Source of the DNA: Sphingobacteriales bacterium JAD_PAG50586_3
Lineage (GTDB): Bacteria; Bacteroidota; Bacteroidia; CAMBQF01
NCBI GenBank assembly: GCA_023213195.1
Contig: CP096135.1
Location: 558,548 to 622,547, forward strand
Reading direction: 5' to 3'
DNA: 64,000 bases
Shown here: piece by piece, positions 18,110 through 29,452 of the stretch
Layout: the number at the start of each line of letters is the position of its first letter
How positions within the stretch are numbered: position 1 is the first letter of the stretch
Program-made: the position numbers and the translations under genes
Notes under the pieces: generated by a model
Databases searched by the model: none
What the model saw: the letters and a program-made list of their open reading frames with translations, nothing else
Told to the model about the DNA's origin: nothing

Positions 18110-20604
18110 TTAAAAACCCTGTCCACCCCCACCATTATCCTGCATCTCGCTAGGGGCCGATTTTGGGCGCTTGCTTTGTGGTATAAGCTTACCAAACTTC
18201 CAGGTAACGCTAAGGTTTACCCACCGGGTTTCGCGCTTGCGCACCCCATCCTGGTTAAAGCCTATGCCCTCTGTTACATAACCAAACTGGCGCTGGTTAA
18301 ACACATCGCTTAGGCGGGCGGTAACACTCAGGCGGTCGTTCCAAAAATCGTATCGGGCCGATATGTCCATATTTTGGAAAGGTTTGATGTAGCCTTGCGT
18401 AAATACCCACGGAACACCCAGGCTGTAGCTAAGCTGCACATCAAGTCCTTTTAAAGGTTTAAAAGACATCATAGCACGGCCCATACCGCCCCAACGGCCT
18501 GCGCTTAAACCCTGTTGCAGGTTGCTAGCGTTTAGCTTGGTATAAAAAGCGCCTCCATTTAGGTTAATCCTCCACCATTTGGTAGCATCGTAGCGTACGG
18601 TTAAATCCATACCGCCAGAGTGTGATGTGTTAAGGTTGTACGATGTAATACGGCTTACCCCAAGGCTGTCAACATCGCGAAAGCGGGTAAACACACCTGT
18701 AGTATAGCGGTAGTAAACAGACGGTGCTATGGTAACTTTTTTAGTAATTACCTGGGTAGAAAAATCAAAAGAGTTAACATATTCAGGGTTTAGGTATGGG
18801 TTGCCTACAAACAAAAAGTACGGGTCAGAGTAATCAGGGAAAGGGTTTAAATCCCACCCACGGGGGCGGTTTATACGGCGACTGTAGCTTAAGCCAAACT
18901 CTACCCCCTCGTTCATTTTATACTTTAAAAACGCGCTGGGGAAAAGGCTAAAATAGTTCCTGTCAAACTTTTGGTTTAATGTTATTTGGTTTACACTGTA
19001 AAAAGTTTGCTCTGCACGCAAGCCTGCGCTGTAGCCCAGTTTTTTATAGCCACCGGTAAATGTTCCGTAGGCTGAGTATACTTGGTCGCTGTAGGTAAAG
19101 CCGTTGTTCAGGTTAACATCGGGCGTGTAGTTGGTATTGTTTTCGTAGGCGCGTTTAGAGTAAAAGTTATAGTCCATTTTGCGGGCTATGGTTTTTAATC
19201 CGGCTTCAATTTTATAGCTATCGCCCAACTTCATGCTATAATCAGTTTGCCCCGTTAAAATCAGGTTTTTGCTGGTGTTTTGGGTAAGTTGGCTCATCCA
19301 GGGCTGGTTAGCAGCATCGTAATAGCTTTGCAAGGCGTCTAAAGAGTCGGTAGGTGCTGAGTACGATACGTAAAAATCGGCAGTGTAGTCAATACCCGGC
19401 TTGCGGAATGTACGGGCATAGTTTACCGATGCATCGTAGTTTATGCTCTGGTTAATGGTAGTGTTGTCGCGTGTAAAATAGTCCAACGTATCGCCGGCGC
19501 TATCGTACCAAAAATACTGTATCAGGTTGGGGCTGGTATTTTGTCTCCACGATGGGGTAAACGCCGCCGACAGCGTGTTAAACTTATTCATGTTCCAGTC
19601 TAAGGCAATACGCCCCATGTGCGACTCGTTAACAGAATACCCGTTGCTGGTTTGGTCCATAAAGTACAGCGTATCCAGCGAGTATTTGGTAATAGAACTG
19701 CCTAAGCTGAAAAAGCGTTGGTTCATATAATTGTAAGAGGCTGCAACGTTTAGCTTTTTGCCACGCACGTTTAGGTTTATGCCGCCATTGTATTTATCGC
19801 CATTGCCTACGGTAGCATTTACAGAGCCGTTAAAGCCGGGCTTATCATTCTTTTTAAGTATGATGTTGATTATGCCGCCCACACCATCAGGGTCGTACTT
19901 GGCCGATGGGTTGGTAATAATCTCTATACGGTCTATAGAACCCGCAGGCAGTTGGTCTAATGCCCCTGCCGCCGTCATGTTCGATGGTTTTCCGTCTATC
20001 AAAATATTAACGTTTGCCCCACGCAGGCTAATGTTTTTGTCTTGGTCTACCGTTACCGATGGTACGTTTTGCAGCACATCTACCGCACTGCCGCCGGTGT
20101 TAGAAAGGTCTTTGTCAACGTTATAAATCTTCTTATCTATCCCGTTTTGTATCATGCTTTTATCTGCCGCTACCTCAACAGTTTTAAGCTGTTTGCTGTT
20201 TGGCTTAATACTTATCTTATCAAAAAACTTCTCAGCCCCCTCGGCGACAGCATAAAGCTATCGGTTTGGGTTTCTAAGTAGCCAATAAAAGTTACCTTTA
20301 GCTTAAACAGGCCGGGCGGCAGCGCCTCTATCTGAAAATAGCCTTTATCATCAGTATACCCTCCACCTGCTACAGTTTTGTCTTTTGTTTTAATGACAGA
20401 TACTACCGCGTAGCTTATTGGTTTACCCGTTTCGCTATCTACCACGGTGCCCATAACCTTGCCTATGCCGGGCATTTGGCCACCGGGCGCGCCACCCTGT
20501 GGGGCACCTGTTTTGGGCGGCCCACCTGCCGGAGGTGTTTGTGCCCATGTATTCAATGTTATAGCTGTAAAGGCAGCTACAATAAGTAATTTAACTCGTA
20601 TCAA
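18110..20604 (-). CDS. TonB-dependent / outer-membrane beta-barrel receptor with N-terminal carboxypeptidase-regulatory-like domain, 1 shift near 20160-20215
   Basis: The 20604..20212 fragment carries a signal peptide plus a CarbopepD_reg-like domain (GTVVDSETGKPISYAVVSV, KGYFQIEALPPGLFKLKV). The 20155..18110 fragment carries a plug and 22-strand barrel ending in ...RWVNLSVTWKF. Confidence 0.7.
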
Positions 20605-20671
20605 AATTTCTGTTGTTTATTGTTACTATTATCCCGTTGCGGGGATGTATTAAGCGGTGTTTTGGGGTGTG

Positions 20672-21079
20672 CTATTTCTTTAAAATTCCTTTGTCGGCAG
20701 AATATTTGCCGGGGCCGGTTATCAAAATCACTAAATAGCCTATTAAAAACATTAGGGCATGCTCGCCATCACCAAAAACATCATCGCCATGCGCGCCAAA
20801 AACAGCCACCGCCATGGTTATAACAAGGGCAGCAGCCGCAAAACGGGTAAATAGCCCGGCTGCCAAAAGGGCAGCGCAAACCAATTCGCCTAGTACTGCC
20901 AGTGCCAGGCTGGCTTCGGCACCAATGCCAATATCAAAAAACTTAATGTCGGCCCCACTGGTAAGCTTGCCCAGTTTACCCCAGCCGTGGTTTACAGCCA
21001 TTAGCCCGCCAAAGCTAAGGCGCAGTAGTAAAAGAGATAAATCAGGTGCATATAATCGGGTACTCAAAAACTTCTTCAT
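20672..21079 (-). CDS. DoxX-family membrane protein
   Basis: LLLLRLSFGGLMAVNHGWGKL, the DoxX signature, with 4 TM helices. Confidence 0.8.
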   Translation of the reverse strand: MKKFLSTRLYAPDLSLLLLRLSFGGLMAVNHGWGKLGKLTSGADIKFFDIGIGAEASLALAVLGELVCAALLAAGLFTRFAAAALVITMAVAVFGAHGDDVFGDGEHALMFLIGYLVILITGPGKYSADKGILKK

Positions 21080-21306
21080 ATTCAGGTTGGTGTTGCTACA
21101 TTAGTTTTGCAAAGGTCACACTTTATACCAAAAATTATACCCTTTATTGGTTTTATAATGGTCGATTTTATTACAACAGGGCAAAACCTGCTATAAATGG
21201 GTAGTTTTAAGCTACTTGGGGCGGTAAATCAAAACCCATGCTTTGTTTGTAATTCAAATTCTTCTATATTTGAAACCCTTATTGGAGTTTAACAGTAAAA
21301 TAGCCT

Positions 21307-21702
21307 ATGAAAAAATTTTTACACAGCAGTTTATTTCCCGGTGCCATTATGCTTTTTTTAGTGGCCACGTTTGTTTTTTCTTCTTGTAAAAAAGACCAAA
21401 CCTGTAAGGTGAAAGTTACCGTTACCGATACTATTGGCGCCAAACAACGCTATACCTGGGTAATACTTGATATACCTGAAAATACACCGCCAAGCCAAAC
21501 TGGCAATCCACCAAGCGATGTGTTCCCTTTACAATTAAACACCCTGACCGATGGCTACGTTGAGGCTGAGTTTAAGCTTCCGGCCATTATACAGGCTAAT
21601 ATTTACGACTCTAGCGATACGCAATTCCTAAACCCGCTTAAAAAGAAAATTATTAAGCTGGAAGCCGGAGAAACCGTTCAGGAAACGGTAGAGATTCAAT
21701 AA
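21307..21702 (+). CDS. Small lipoprotein, paralogue 1 of 3
   Basis: Lipobox LVATFVFSSC and a TATATTTG box at 21274..21281. Conserved C-terminus AEFKLPAIIQANIYDSSDTQFL...KLEAGETV. Confidence 0.55.
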   Translation: MKKFLHSSLFPGAIMLFLVATFVFSSCKKDQTCKVKVTVTDTIGAKQRYTWVILDIPENTPPSQTGNPPSDVFPLQLNTLTDGYVEAEFKLPAIIQANIYDSSDTQFLNPLKKKIIKLEAGETVQETVEIQ

Positions 21703-21717
21703 TTTTCAAAGCCCTTT

Positions 21718-22099
21718 ATGAAGTATTATCTAATGTGCGTAGTTACGGCAATTGCTTTGCTTTTGCTTGTAATAGCCTGCAAAAAGGAAGATACTACATG
21801 CGGCATACAGGTTGCCGTTACCGATACCTTAAACAACAAGCTAAAGCATAAGTGGGTGGTGTTTGATGTGCCTGATAATTTGCCCCCAGCCAAACCGGTA
21901 ACCCTATTACTAACGAGCTGCCTGTTACACTCAACACAGGCGATGTGGGCTTTGTAGAAACTATTTTTAGCAAGCCGGCCATTATCCAGGCCAATGTATA
22001 CGACTCTGCCGATGTGCAGTTTCTTGCACCCCTTAAAGCGCAAATCATTCAATTAAAGCAGGGCGAAACCGTTTCGTATTCAATAGAAATAGAATAATA
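21718..22099 (+). CDS. Small lipoprotein, paralogue 2 of 3 (1 shift near 21900-21960)
   Basis: Lipobox LLLLVIACKKEDTTCGIQVAVTDT. After the shift the frame continues ...PVTLNTGDVGFVETIFSKPAIIQANVYDSADVQFLAPLKAQIIQLKQGETVSYSIEIE*. Confidence 0.5.
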
Positions 22100-22168
22100 C
22101 TGTTGTCCGCATAGGACAATTAAAAAGGTTTTCTTATATTTGAAATAACCTTACAAAACTTATATTGA

Positions 22169-22552
22169 ATGAAAATACGTTTACTTTCTAAAATTTCGCT
22201 TCTGTTAATATTACTAGCCGGTTCTTTGGCATTATCATCGTGCAGTAAAGACGAAACCTGCTCTGTAGTTATTACCGTAGAAAATGAGTTAGGCATAGCA
22301 CAACCCGGTTATATGGTAGTGTTTGATAACCACCGCGGCGCTGTGGGGGCCAATACACAAAGCTACAATACACAATTGGTAACCGATGCTAAAGGAAGGG
22401 TAGAAGCCACCTTTAAGCTGCCTGCTATTATAGAAGCCCGCGCTTACGCACCCGGCGAATCTGTTTTTGATCAGATTAACGAAGACGGTTGGGTTTCTGT
22501 TAAATTAAAACCCGGCCAAACCGTAGCCTATACAATTGTAGTCCCTAATTAG
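22169..22552 (+). CDS. Small lipoprotein, paralogue 3 of 3
   Basis: Lipobox LAGSLALSSCSKDETCSVVITVENE and a TTATATTTG box at 22134..22142. C-terminus ATFKLPAIIEARAYAPGESVF...KLKPGQTV. Confidence 0.55.
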   Translation: MKIRLLSKISLLLILLAGSLALSSCSKDETCSVVITVENELGIAQPGYMVVFDNHRGAVGANTQSYNTQLVTDAKGRVEATFKLPAIIEARAYAPGESVFDQINEDGWVSVKLKPGQTVAYTIVVPN

Positions 22553-22587
22553 ACTTTATTTACTGATTACTGACCCCTGACAACTGG

Positions 22588-22935
22588 TTAAATACCCTGC
22601 TCTTTAAAATATTCTACTATAGCCTCGCGCATTAATAAATGTTGTTGTGCGGGCTTTAGCGGAGGTAGTTTTTCGTTTAGTTTAAAGTGCGGCCAATGGT
22701 CTTCATCGCGGCCCTCAAATTCATAATAGCCATACCGTTCAAGCAAGGTGCATATAGCAATGTGCATTACGGCCAGTTTATCGTCTTTCTTAAACTTTTG
22801 AAAACCCATACCCAGTTCCTGCACACCTATAAGAAATAGTATGCCCTGCATATCTATAGCCTCACCATCGGCAAATTGCTTAGACAGTACCTCGCTTATC
22901 CGCTTAAATTCTCTATCTAACTCTTCGTTATTCAT
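22588..22935 (-). CDS. Hypothetical cytoplasmic protein
   Basis: 115-aa ORF with no recognisable motif. Confidence 0.4.
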   Translation of the reverse strand: MNNEELDREFKRISEVLSKQFADGEAIDMQGILFLIGVQELGMGFQKFKKDDKLAVMHIAICTLLERYGYYEFEGRDEDHWPHFKLNEKLPPLKPAQQHLLMREAIVEYFKEQGI

Positions 22936-22952
22936 TGATAAACTTTTTAATT

Positions 22953-22972
22953 CCCACAGTTGAAACTGTGGG
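22953..22972. terminator. Perfect hairpin CCCACAGTTgaAACTGTGGG downstream of the porin gene (no clear U-tract)
   Basis: 8-9 bp stem, read directly from the sequence. The flanks are not T-rich, so assigning it a terminator function is tentative. Confidence 0.35.
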
Positions 22973-23057
22973 CTATGTTCTCTCCTCGCTCCTCTCTTCG
23001 CTCTACTCTACAATTAAAACCAAACAGCCAAACTGCTAAACAGTATGCTGCTGTAGT

Positions 23058-24136
23058 TTACCGGCAGGTTGCTGCGGGTGTAAATACCATTACGCCCCCG
23101 TAGCCGCGGCCTTCTAAACGCAACAATACATTTTTAACGGGGCTGTAGTTAACGCCCAACGTTCCACTATAGGCCTCAAATGCTCTTGCCTGTAGCTGGT
23201 TAGGGGCAGATAGTACGCCGTTAGGGTCGTTAAAATACTCTAAACGGCCACTTAGGCTAAACTTATCGTTAAACTTATAGCGGGCAGCCGCATTAACGCT
23301 GTACCAAATATATTCAGGGTTAAGAGAGTTGTAAACCCCCTGTGCGCCAATGTAGGCGGTAGCGTTTAAATCCCACTTTCCTTTTTGCCATGTTAAAAAG
23401 AAATCGTTGAAGTAGCGTGCTGCCAGCCATTGTTGGTCCAGGCTACCGGCATCGCCGGCAAAGGTGTTCCAAAACAAATTAAGGTTAGGCTTTATTTTAT
23501 ATTGAAGTTGCGATGCAAAGGCCACGCTGCGTGCACTGGCACTGTTAAAGTTAATGGTTTGCCAACCGTTTAAGCCATACAGCGTAAGGGTAAACTTCGG
23601 CGATAATGGCATAGTTAACCGCAGGCCGCTAACATAGTAGGGGGCGTTTTCAGCTGCTAAAGAGCGACTGTATAGCAATTGGTCTTTAGATATAGGTGTT
23701 TCGTAAGTAAAGGGCGATGTAAACACACCTACATCCAGCCACATATTTTTATTTTTTGATAATTTAAAACCACCGTAGGTTTCCAGTAAAAAGCGGTTCA
23801 GCACGTTCTCGTTGCCGTAGTTATCAATCATATACGTGCCATAGCCGGGCGTTAGCTGTAGCCTTACACGCTCGCTGCGGTAGCCAATACCTAAATAGGC
23901 CACGTTAACCGCAAACTGCCTAAGCCTTGCCGATGATACCGCGTAGGGCCTTTTGGTGCTGCTGGTGTTAAATGGGTCAAAATTGAAGTAGCCATCCACA
24001 TAGCCGGAAATGATAAGCGTGTCTTTAGACCCGTTTTCAGGCGCTTTAGCTAGTGGGAATGGTATATTTATCTGGGCTTGGGCAACTATACCTACTAATA
24101 GTAAAAATGCCGCTATGCAGTGCTTTTTCAAAGTCT
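23058..24136 (-). CDS. Putative outer-membrane porin (kdp-associated porin-like beta-barrel)
   Basis: Probable TTG start giving (M)KKHCIAAFLLLVGIVAQAQ, preceded by a TAATTTTG box. Beta-barrel pattern ending ...GVMVFTPAATCR. The listed ORF extends to 24278 but has no signal peptide from that start. Confidence 0.55.
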
Positions 24137-24339
24137 TGTTGTTTGCAGCAAAATTAGTAAATACTTTGTAGTAATCTCCCTTTAAATAATGGCGCTTCAA
24201 AGCCTGGCGAGGGGAAATGTTTCTTATCCTATCCTCTGCCACAAGAATCTTTATAAAATCTTTATGTATATGCCCCATAATTTTATGTTTTACATATAAA
24301 GCCCACCGTACCTTTGTGCAGCAATAAACGCATTAACCC

Positions 24340-25423
24340 GTGGATACCTTTAAACGGTTTAAACTAACAACATACGAGCAATACACCTTTGGTGTGCTTG
24401 CCGTTTGTTTGGTTACCGGAGTTTCGTTTTTGTTTTACGATTTTATGGGCTATAAAACAGTATCGTTGCTGTTGCTCTTTACCGTATCGGTATGCGCCAT
24501 GTTCTTTGATATTTTACCGGTGTTGGTGGTGGCGGTGTTAAGTGCCCTTTTGTGGGATTATCTTTTTATACCTCCCCGCTTTACGTTGGTGGTTACCAGT
24601 ACAGAAGATATGCTAATGCTGCTTATGTATTTTGTAATAGCCCTGAGTAAACGCGGTATTTACTTTTAAAATAAGGCAGATAGAAAAACTATCAAGGCAA
24701 AAAGACGAAAAAGCCCAAATGCTGAAGCTGTACAACGCGTTGCTCAATTCATTATCGCACGAGCTGCGCACGCCCATTTCAACCATCATAGCGGTTACAG
24801 ATAACCTGCAAAGCAATGCCGGCAAACTAAGCGAGGGCGATAAAAAGCAGTTACTGGTAGAGGCATCGCAGGCATCGTTAAGGCTAAACCGTCAGGTAGA
24901 AAATTTGCTTAACATGTCGCGGTTAGAGTCTGATGTTATAAAACCTAAGAAAGATTGGTGCGATGTAAACGAGCTTATTTACTCTGCCATAAACAGTTTA
25001 GAAGACAACCTGCAAAACCATAAAATCGACGTAAAAATTAGTAAGGATGTGCCTCTGGTAAAACTGGACTTTGGCCTTATGGAGCAGGTGCTGTATAACC
25101 TTATTTACAATGCTACCCTTTATACACCGGCGGGCACACACATTCAAATTTTTGCAGATTGTATTAAAGATGTTTTGATACTGGATGTAGAGGATAATGG
25201 TAATGGTTTTCCACCCGAAGAGGTAAATAAGGTATTTGACAAATTTTACCGTATTGAACATACTAAGGCAGGAGGTACAGGCCTTGGCCTTTCCATTGTA
25301 AAAGGCTTTATAGAGGCGCATTCAGGCACAATTACAGTAGTAAACAAAGTACCCCACGGTGCCAGGTTTACTATTGAAATACCTACAGAAACATCGTATC
25401 TAAATAATTTGAAAAATGAGTAG
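24340..25423 (+). CDS. KdpD-like sensor histidine kinase, C-terminal half only (DUF4118 membrane domain plus HisKA/HATPase), 1 shift near 24645-24665
   Basis: 4-TM DUF4118-like segment (24340..24669), then LNSLSHELRTPIS (H-box) and N, G1 and G2 boxes (NLIYNATLYT, EDNGNGF, GGTGLGLSIV). No N-terminal KdpD/Usp sensing domain is in the window. Confidence 0.7.
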
Positions 25424-26102
25424 CGCCGACATACTGATTATAGACGATGAGGCGCAAATACGCCGCCTGCTGCAAATTACCCTGCAGGCCGAAGGATATG
25501 CTGTAAAAGAAGCCAGTACCGCTGCCGAGGGGATAACAATGGCTGCAAGCCACCGCCCACAGCTGGTAATTTTAGATATTGGTTTGCCTGATGAAAGCGG
25601 CCACGAAGTATTAAAAAAATTGCGCGAGTGGTACGATAATCCAATCATAATCCTTTCTGCACAAAGCGATGAGGAGGATATTGTAAAGGCGCTTGATAAC
25701 GGCGCTAACGACTACCTGATAAAGCCATTCCGTACAGGCGAGTTGGTGGCGCGCATACGCACAGCTTTGCGCAACACCAATAAAGACAAGGCCGACCCTG
25801 TAATTACCAATGATATTGTAACTATTGATTTAGCAGCGCACACTGTTAAAAAGAACGATGAGTTGCTTAAGCTAACATCAACAGAATACACCTTACTGGC
25901 GCTAATGGCCAAAAACGAAGGGAAAGTACTTACCCACCAATACCTGCTAAAACAGGTCTGGGGGCCAACATATATAGAACAATCGCAGTACCTGCGGGTA
26001 TTTGTTGCCCAACTGCGCAAAAAATTAGAAGACAACCCTAATAAACCCGCCTATATAGTTACCGAATCGGGCATCGGGTACAGGTTCTCTTTACAGAAAT
26101 AA
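25416..26102 (+). CDS. kdpE: OmpR-family response regulator (KdpE-like)
   Basis: Receiver domain ILIIDDEAQIRRLL...LDIGLPDESG followed by a winged-helix domain (YLRVFVAQLRKKLE). Confidence 0.8.
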   Translation: MSSADILIIDDEAQIRRLLQITLQAEGYAVKEASTAAEGITMAASHRPQLVILDIGLPDESGHEVLKKLREWYDNPIIILSAQSDEEDIVKALDNGANDYLIKPFRTGELVARIRTALRNTNKDKADPVITNDIVTIDLAAHTVKKNDELLKLTSTEYTLLALMAKNEGKVLTHQYLLKQVWGPTYIEQSQYLRVFVAQLRKKLEDNPNKPAYIVTESGIGYRFSLQK

Positions 26103-26117
26103 AAGCAAATACATACA

Positions 26118-28061
26118 ATGATGAAAACTGCACAAACACATGCGGGCAAGATAACTGCGGCCTCACTTTTGGTAGCACTCGGCATAATTTATGGCGATAT
26201 TGGTACCAGCCCTTTGTATGTTTTAAAGGCAATAGTAGGCGAAAGGCCAATAACCGAAGACTTAGTATTTGGTGGCGTTTCGTGTATATTTTGGACACTC
26301 GTTTTTCAAACCACCATAAAGTATATTTGGCTTACTCTTAAAGCCGATAACGATGGCGAAGGCGGTATATTTTCGCTGTATGCGCTGGTGCGCCGCTATG
26401 GCAAAAAGCTTGTTATTCCCACCATTTTAGGCGCTACTACATTATTGGCCGATGGTATTATAACCCCACCCATATCGGTAGCATCGGCTGTAGAGGGGTT
26501 AGATATGGTTATGCCCGGTTTGCCTACCGTACCCATTGTGGTAGTTATCCTGTCTGCACTATTTTTCTTTCAACGTTTTGGCACACAAAAAGTGGGTAGC
26601 GCTTTTGGGCCGGTAATGGTGGTTTGGTTTAGTATGTTGTTTATTTTGGGTGCTAGCCAAATTATGCACTACCCTAGTGTTCTAAAGGCACTAAGCCCTG
26701 CCTATGCGTATAATTTATTAGTAGAATACCCGCACGGTTTTTGGTTGTTGGGCGCGGTGTTTTTATGTACCACCGGTGCCGAGGCATTATACTCCGATTT
26801 AGGGCATTGCGGACGTAAAAACATACGCATAACCTGGGCATTTGTAAAAGTATGCTTAGTAGCTAACTATGCCGGGCAGGCTGCTTGGCTTATGCACCAA
26901 TCAAACCCAATGCTGGCAGGCCGCAACCCGTTTTTCGAGATGATGCCCCAATGGTTTTTACTGCCGGGAATAATCATTGCTACAGCAGCCACCATTATAG
27001 CATCGCAAGCGCTAATAAGTGGTTCGTATACGCTGATTAGTGAGGCAATGAACTTAAACTTTTGGCCCAGGGTAACGGTTAGGCAACCGTCTGAGCTAAA
27101 AGGTCAGATTTACATACCCAGCGTAAACACCATACTGTGGGTGGGTTGTGTTATGATGATTTTATACTTCCAATCGTCTACCCACATGGAGGCTGCCTAT
27201 GGTTTTTCTATTACCGTAGCCATGATGATGACTACCATTTTATTGGGATATTTCCTTGTATACAAGCTAAAGTGGAACATTGTTTTGGTGGTTTTTATCA
27301 TGTTGGTTTTTTCTACTGTTGAGCTTTCGTTCTTCATTACCAACGTGGCTAAAATAAAAGAACGGTGGATGTTCCTGTTCTTTGAACTGTTTATTTTTAT
27401 GGTGATGTATTGCTGGTATTACGCCCGCAAAATAAACAACCGCTTTACCAAATTTACCGACCTTGGAAAACACGCCCCGCTTATTAAAACATTAAGCGAG
27501 GATGATAGCATACCAAAATTCTCAACCCACCTTATCTACCTAACAAAAGCCAACAACCGTAACGAGGTAGAAGAAAAAATAATCAACTCCATATTTGCCA
27601 GCAAACCTAAGCGGGCCGATGTGTATTGGTTTGTACACATACACCGTACAGAACACCCTTACACATTAAGCTACGAGGTAACAGAATTGCTAGACGATAA
27701 GGTGATAAAAGTAACCGTAAATGTAGGCTTCCGCATACAGCCCCGTACCGAGTTGTACTTTAAAAAGATAGTACAGGATTTGGTGGCAAATAAAGAACTA
27801 AACCTGCACACGCGCCCCGATGGCTCTACACCCTACAACCCTAACCCCGATTTTAAATTTGTGGTAATTGAAAAATTCCTGTCGGTAGAAAATGAGTTTG
27901 CCGTACGCGAAGGCCTGTTGCTAAATACTTACTTTATGCTAAAACGCCTGGGTCAAAGCGATGCAAAGGCCTTTGGGCTGGATAAAAGCGATGTTGTTTT
28001 AGAACACACCCCATTAGTATATCAACCCATTCAAAAAATTGAATTAACACGTAATAATTAA
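26118..28061 (+). CDS. kup: KUP/HAK/KT-family potassium uptake protein
   Basis: ALGIIYGDIGTSPLYV and ADNDGEGGIFSLYAL signatures. 12 TM helices followed by a cytoplasmic C-terminal domain. Confidence 0.9.
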   Translation: MMKTAQTHAGKITAASLLVALGIIYGDIGTSPLYVLKAIVGERPITEDLVFGGVSCIFWTLVFQTTIKYIWLTLKADNDGEGGIFSLYALVRRYGKKLVIPTILGATTLLADGIITPPISVASAVEGLDMVMPGLPTVPIVVVILSALFFFQRFGTQKVGSAFGPVMVVWFSMLFILGASQIMHYPSVLKALSPAYAYNLLVEYPHGFWLLGAVFLCTTGAEALYSDLGHCGRKNIRITWAFVKVCLVANYAGQAAWLMHQSNPMLAGRNPFFEMMPQWFLLPGIIIATAATIIASQALISGSYTLISEAMNLNFWPRVTVRQPSELKGQIYIPSVNTILWVGCVMMILYFQSSTHMEAAYGFSITVAMMMTTILLGYFLVYKLKWNIVLVVFIMLVFSTVELSFFITNVAKIKERWMFLFFELFIFMVMYCWYYARKINNRFTKFTDLGKHAPLIKTLSEDDSIPKFSTHLIYLTKANNRNEVEEKIINSIFASKPKRADVYWFVHIHRTEHPYTLSYEVTELLDDKVIKVTVNVGFRIQPRTELYFKKIVQDLVANKELNLHTRPDGSTPYNPNPDFKFVVIEKFLSVENEFAVREGLLLNTYFMLKRLGQSDAKAFGLDKSDVVLEHTPLVYQPIQKIELTRNN

Positions 28062-28066
28062 CTCTT

Positions 28067-29452
28067 ATGACTAGTAAAAGCATTTTAATAATTGTGCTAT
28101 GTGGCTTGCAAACAGTGGCTTTTGCACAAACTGCCGATAGCACCTATACCGGAAAACAAAAGGGCGAACCTTTTGAAGGCATTGACCAAACATGGCAAAA
28201 CGGTAGCGACCGCCGCAACCATTCCATTTTTCAAAACATGAAATATTTTACACCCAGCATATTGGTAGATGTAAACTATACCCACTCGTTCAACAACCCT
28301 AACGATAATACAGTTGTTGGCTCAACGGCATTAGCACGTAATAACGAGATTCAACTTTCGGCCCTGCATTTTGGTGGCGATTTTTACTACAAAGGAGCCC
28401 GTGCGCGCTTTATGACACAGTTTGGCACCCGCAGCACGGTTGTTCCCCGCAACGATTTTAGCCCCTACCGTGGGCAATATAACCTTGCTAATGTTTACCG
28501 CTACCTAAGCGAAGCCTATGCAGGCTACCATTTTGATAAAATGAATGGTATTAATGTAGATGTTGGTTTGTTCATGTCCTACATCGGTTTAAACTCCTTT
28601 TACCAGGCCGAGAATTGGGAGTATCAGGCATCTTTCACGTCAGACAATACGCCATGGCTTTTTAATGGGGTTCGTGTGCAAATATTCCCAAATAAAAACT
28701 GGAAAATAGAGCCATGGCTTATAAACGGCTGGCAAAGCTATGGCAAGTTTAACAGCATGCCAGGCTTTGGGGGTAACATTACGTATATGAGTACTAACGG
28801 CAATTTAAAAGTGCTTACTAACAACTATTATGGTTCCGATGCAGCGGGTATACCTGCCCGCAAGCGTTTCCATTCTGACAATAGCGTACTATACCGCTAC
28901 TACAACAAGCCCAACAACAAAGGCATAAGCCGCATGGCGTTTTCTTTAACGGCAGATTTTGGTTTTGAAAGAGGCGGTGGTGTAAACGGCTTTAACGATA
29001 AAGATTCTACCAAAGGCCCTGCGCAATACTTTGCCAGCGCTATGTTCTATAACCGTATATGGTTCTTCAAAAACAAATTTGCATGGACTGTTGGCGGTGG
29101 TGTTATGACAAACCCCGGCCGTTATCTGGTACTGTACCCCACCGGACAAGCCAGTCCGCTGCCTAACCCTAACAACCCTGCACAAACCGAGGGCGCTTTC
29201 CCATTTAGTGCTAACCCCGGCGATAAGTTTACCGGTTGGGATTATTCAACTAATATAGATTGGATGCCAAACCAAAGCATAACCTTTAGGGTAGAATATG
29301 TACACCGTGGTTCTACAGTAAATTACTTTGCCGGCCCGGGTGGTGTAACATCGCAAACAGGCTACACAACAACACCATTAGACCCTGCCTGGCGACCAGA
29401 TTTGGTAAAGAAAGAAGACAGGATAATATTTGCGGTATTGTTTAGATTGTAG
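28067..29452 (+). CDS. Putative outer-membrane porin / beta-barrel protein
   Basis: Signal peptide MTSKSILIIVLCGLQTVAFAQ. Alternating amphipathic beta-strand pattern with aromatic residues. Confidence 0.5.
   Translation: MTSKSILIIVLCGLQTVAFAQTADSTYTGKQKGEPFEGIDQTWQNGSDRRNHSIFQNMKYFTPSILVDVNYTHSFNNPNDNTVVGSTALARNNEIQLSALHFGGDFYYKGARARFMTQFGTRSTVVPRNDFSPYRGQYNLANVYRYLSEAYAGYHFDKMNGINVDVGLFMSYIGLNSFYQAENWEYQASFTSDNTPWLFNGVRVQIFPNKNWKIEPWLINGWQSYGKFNSMPGFGGNITYMSTNGNLKVLTNNYYGSDAAGIPARKRFHSDNSVLYRYYNKPNNKGISRMAFSLTADFGFERGGGVNGFNDKDSTKGPAQYFASAMFYNRIWFFKNKFAWTVGGGVMTNPGRYLVLYPTGQASPLPNPNNPAQTEGAFPFSANPGDKFTGWDYSTNIDWMPNQSITFRVEYVHRGSTVNYFAGPGGVTSQTGYTTTPLDPAWRPDLVKKEDRIIFAVLFRL

Noticed and set aside
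22953-22972. Classifying the hairpin CCCACAGTTgaAACTGTGGG as a classical intrinsic terminator
   Set aside because: There is no U-tract on either strand. I kept it only as a low-confidence structural feature.
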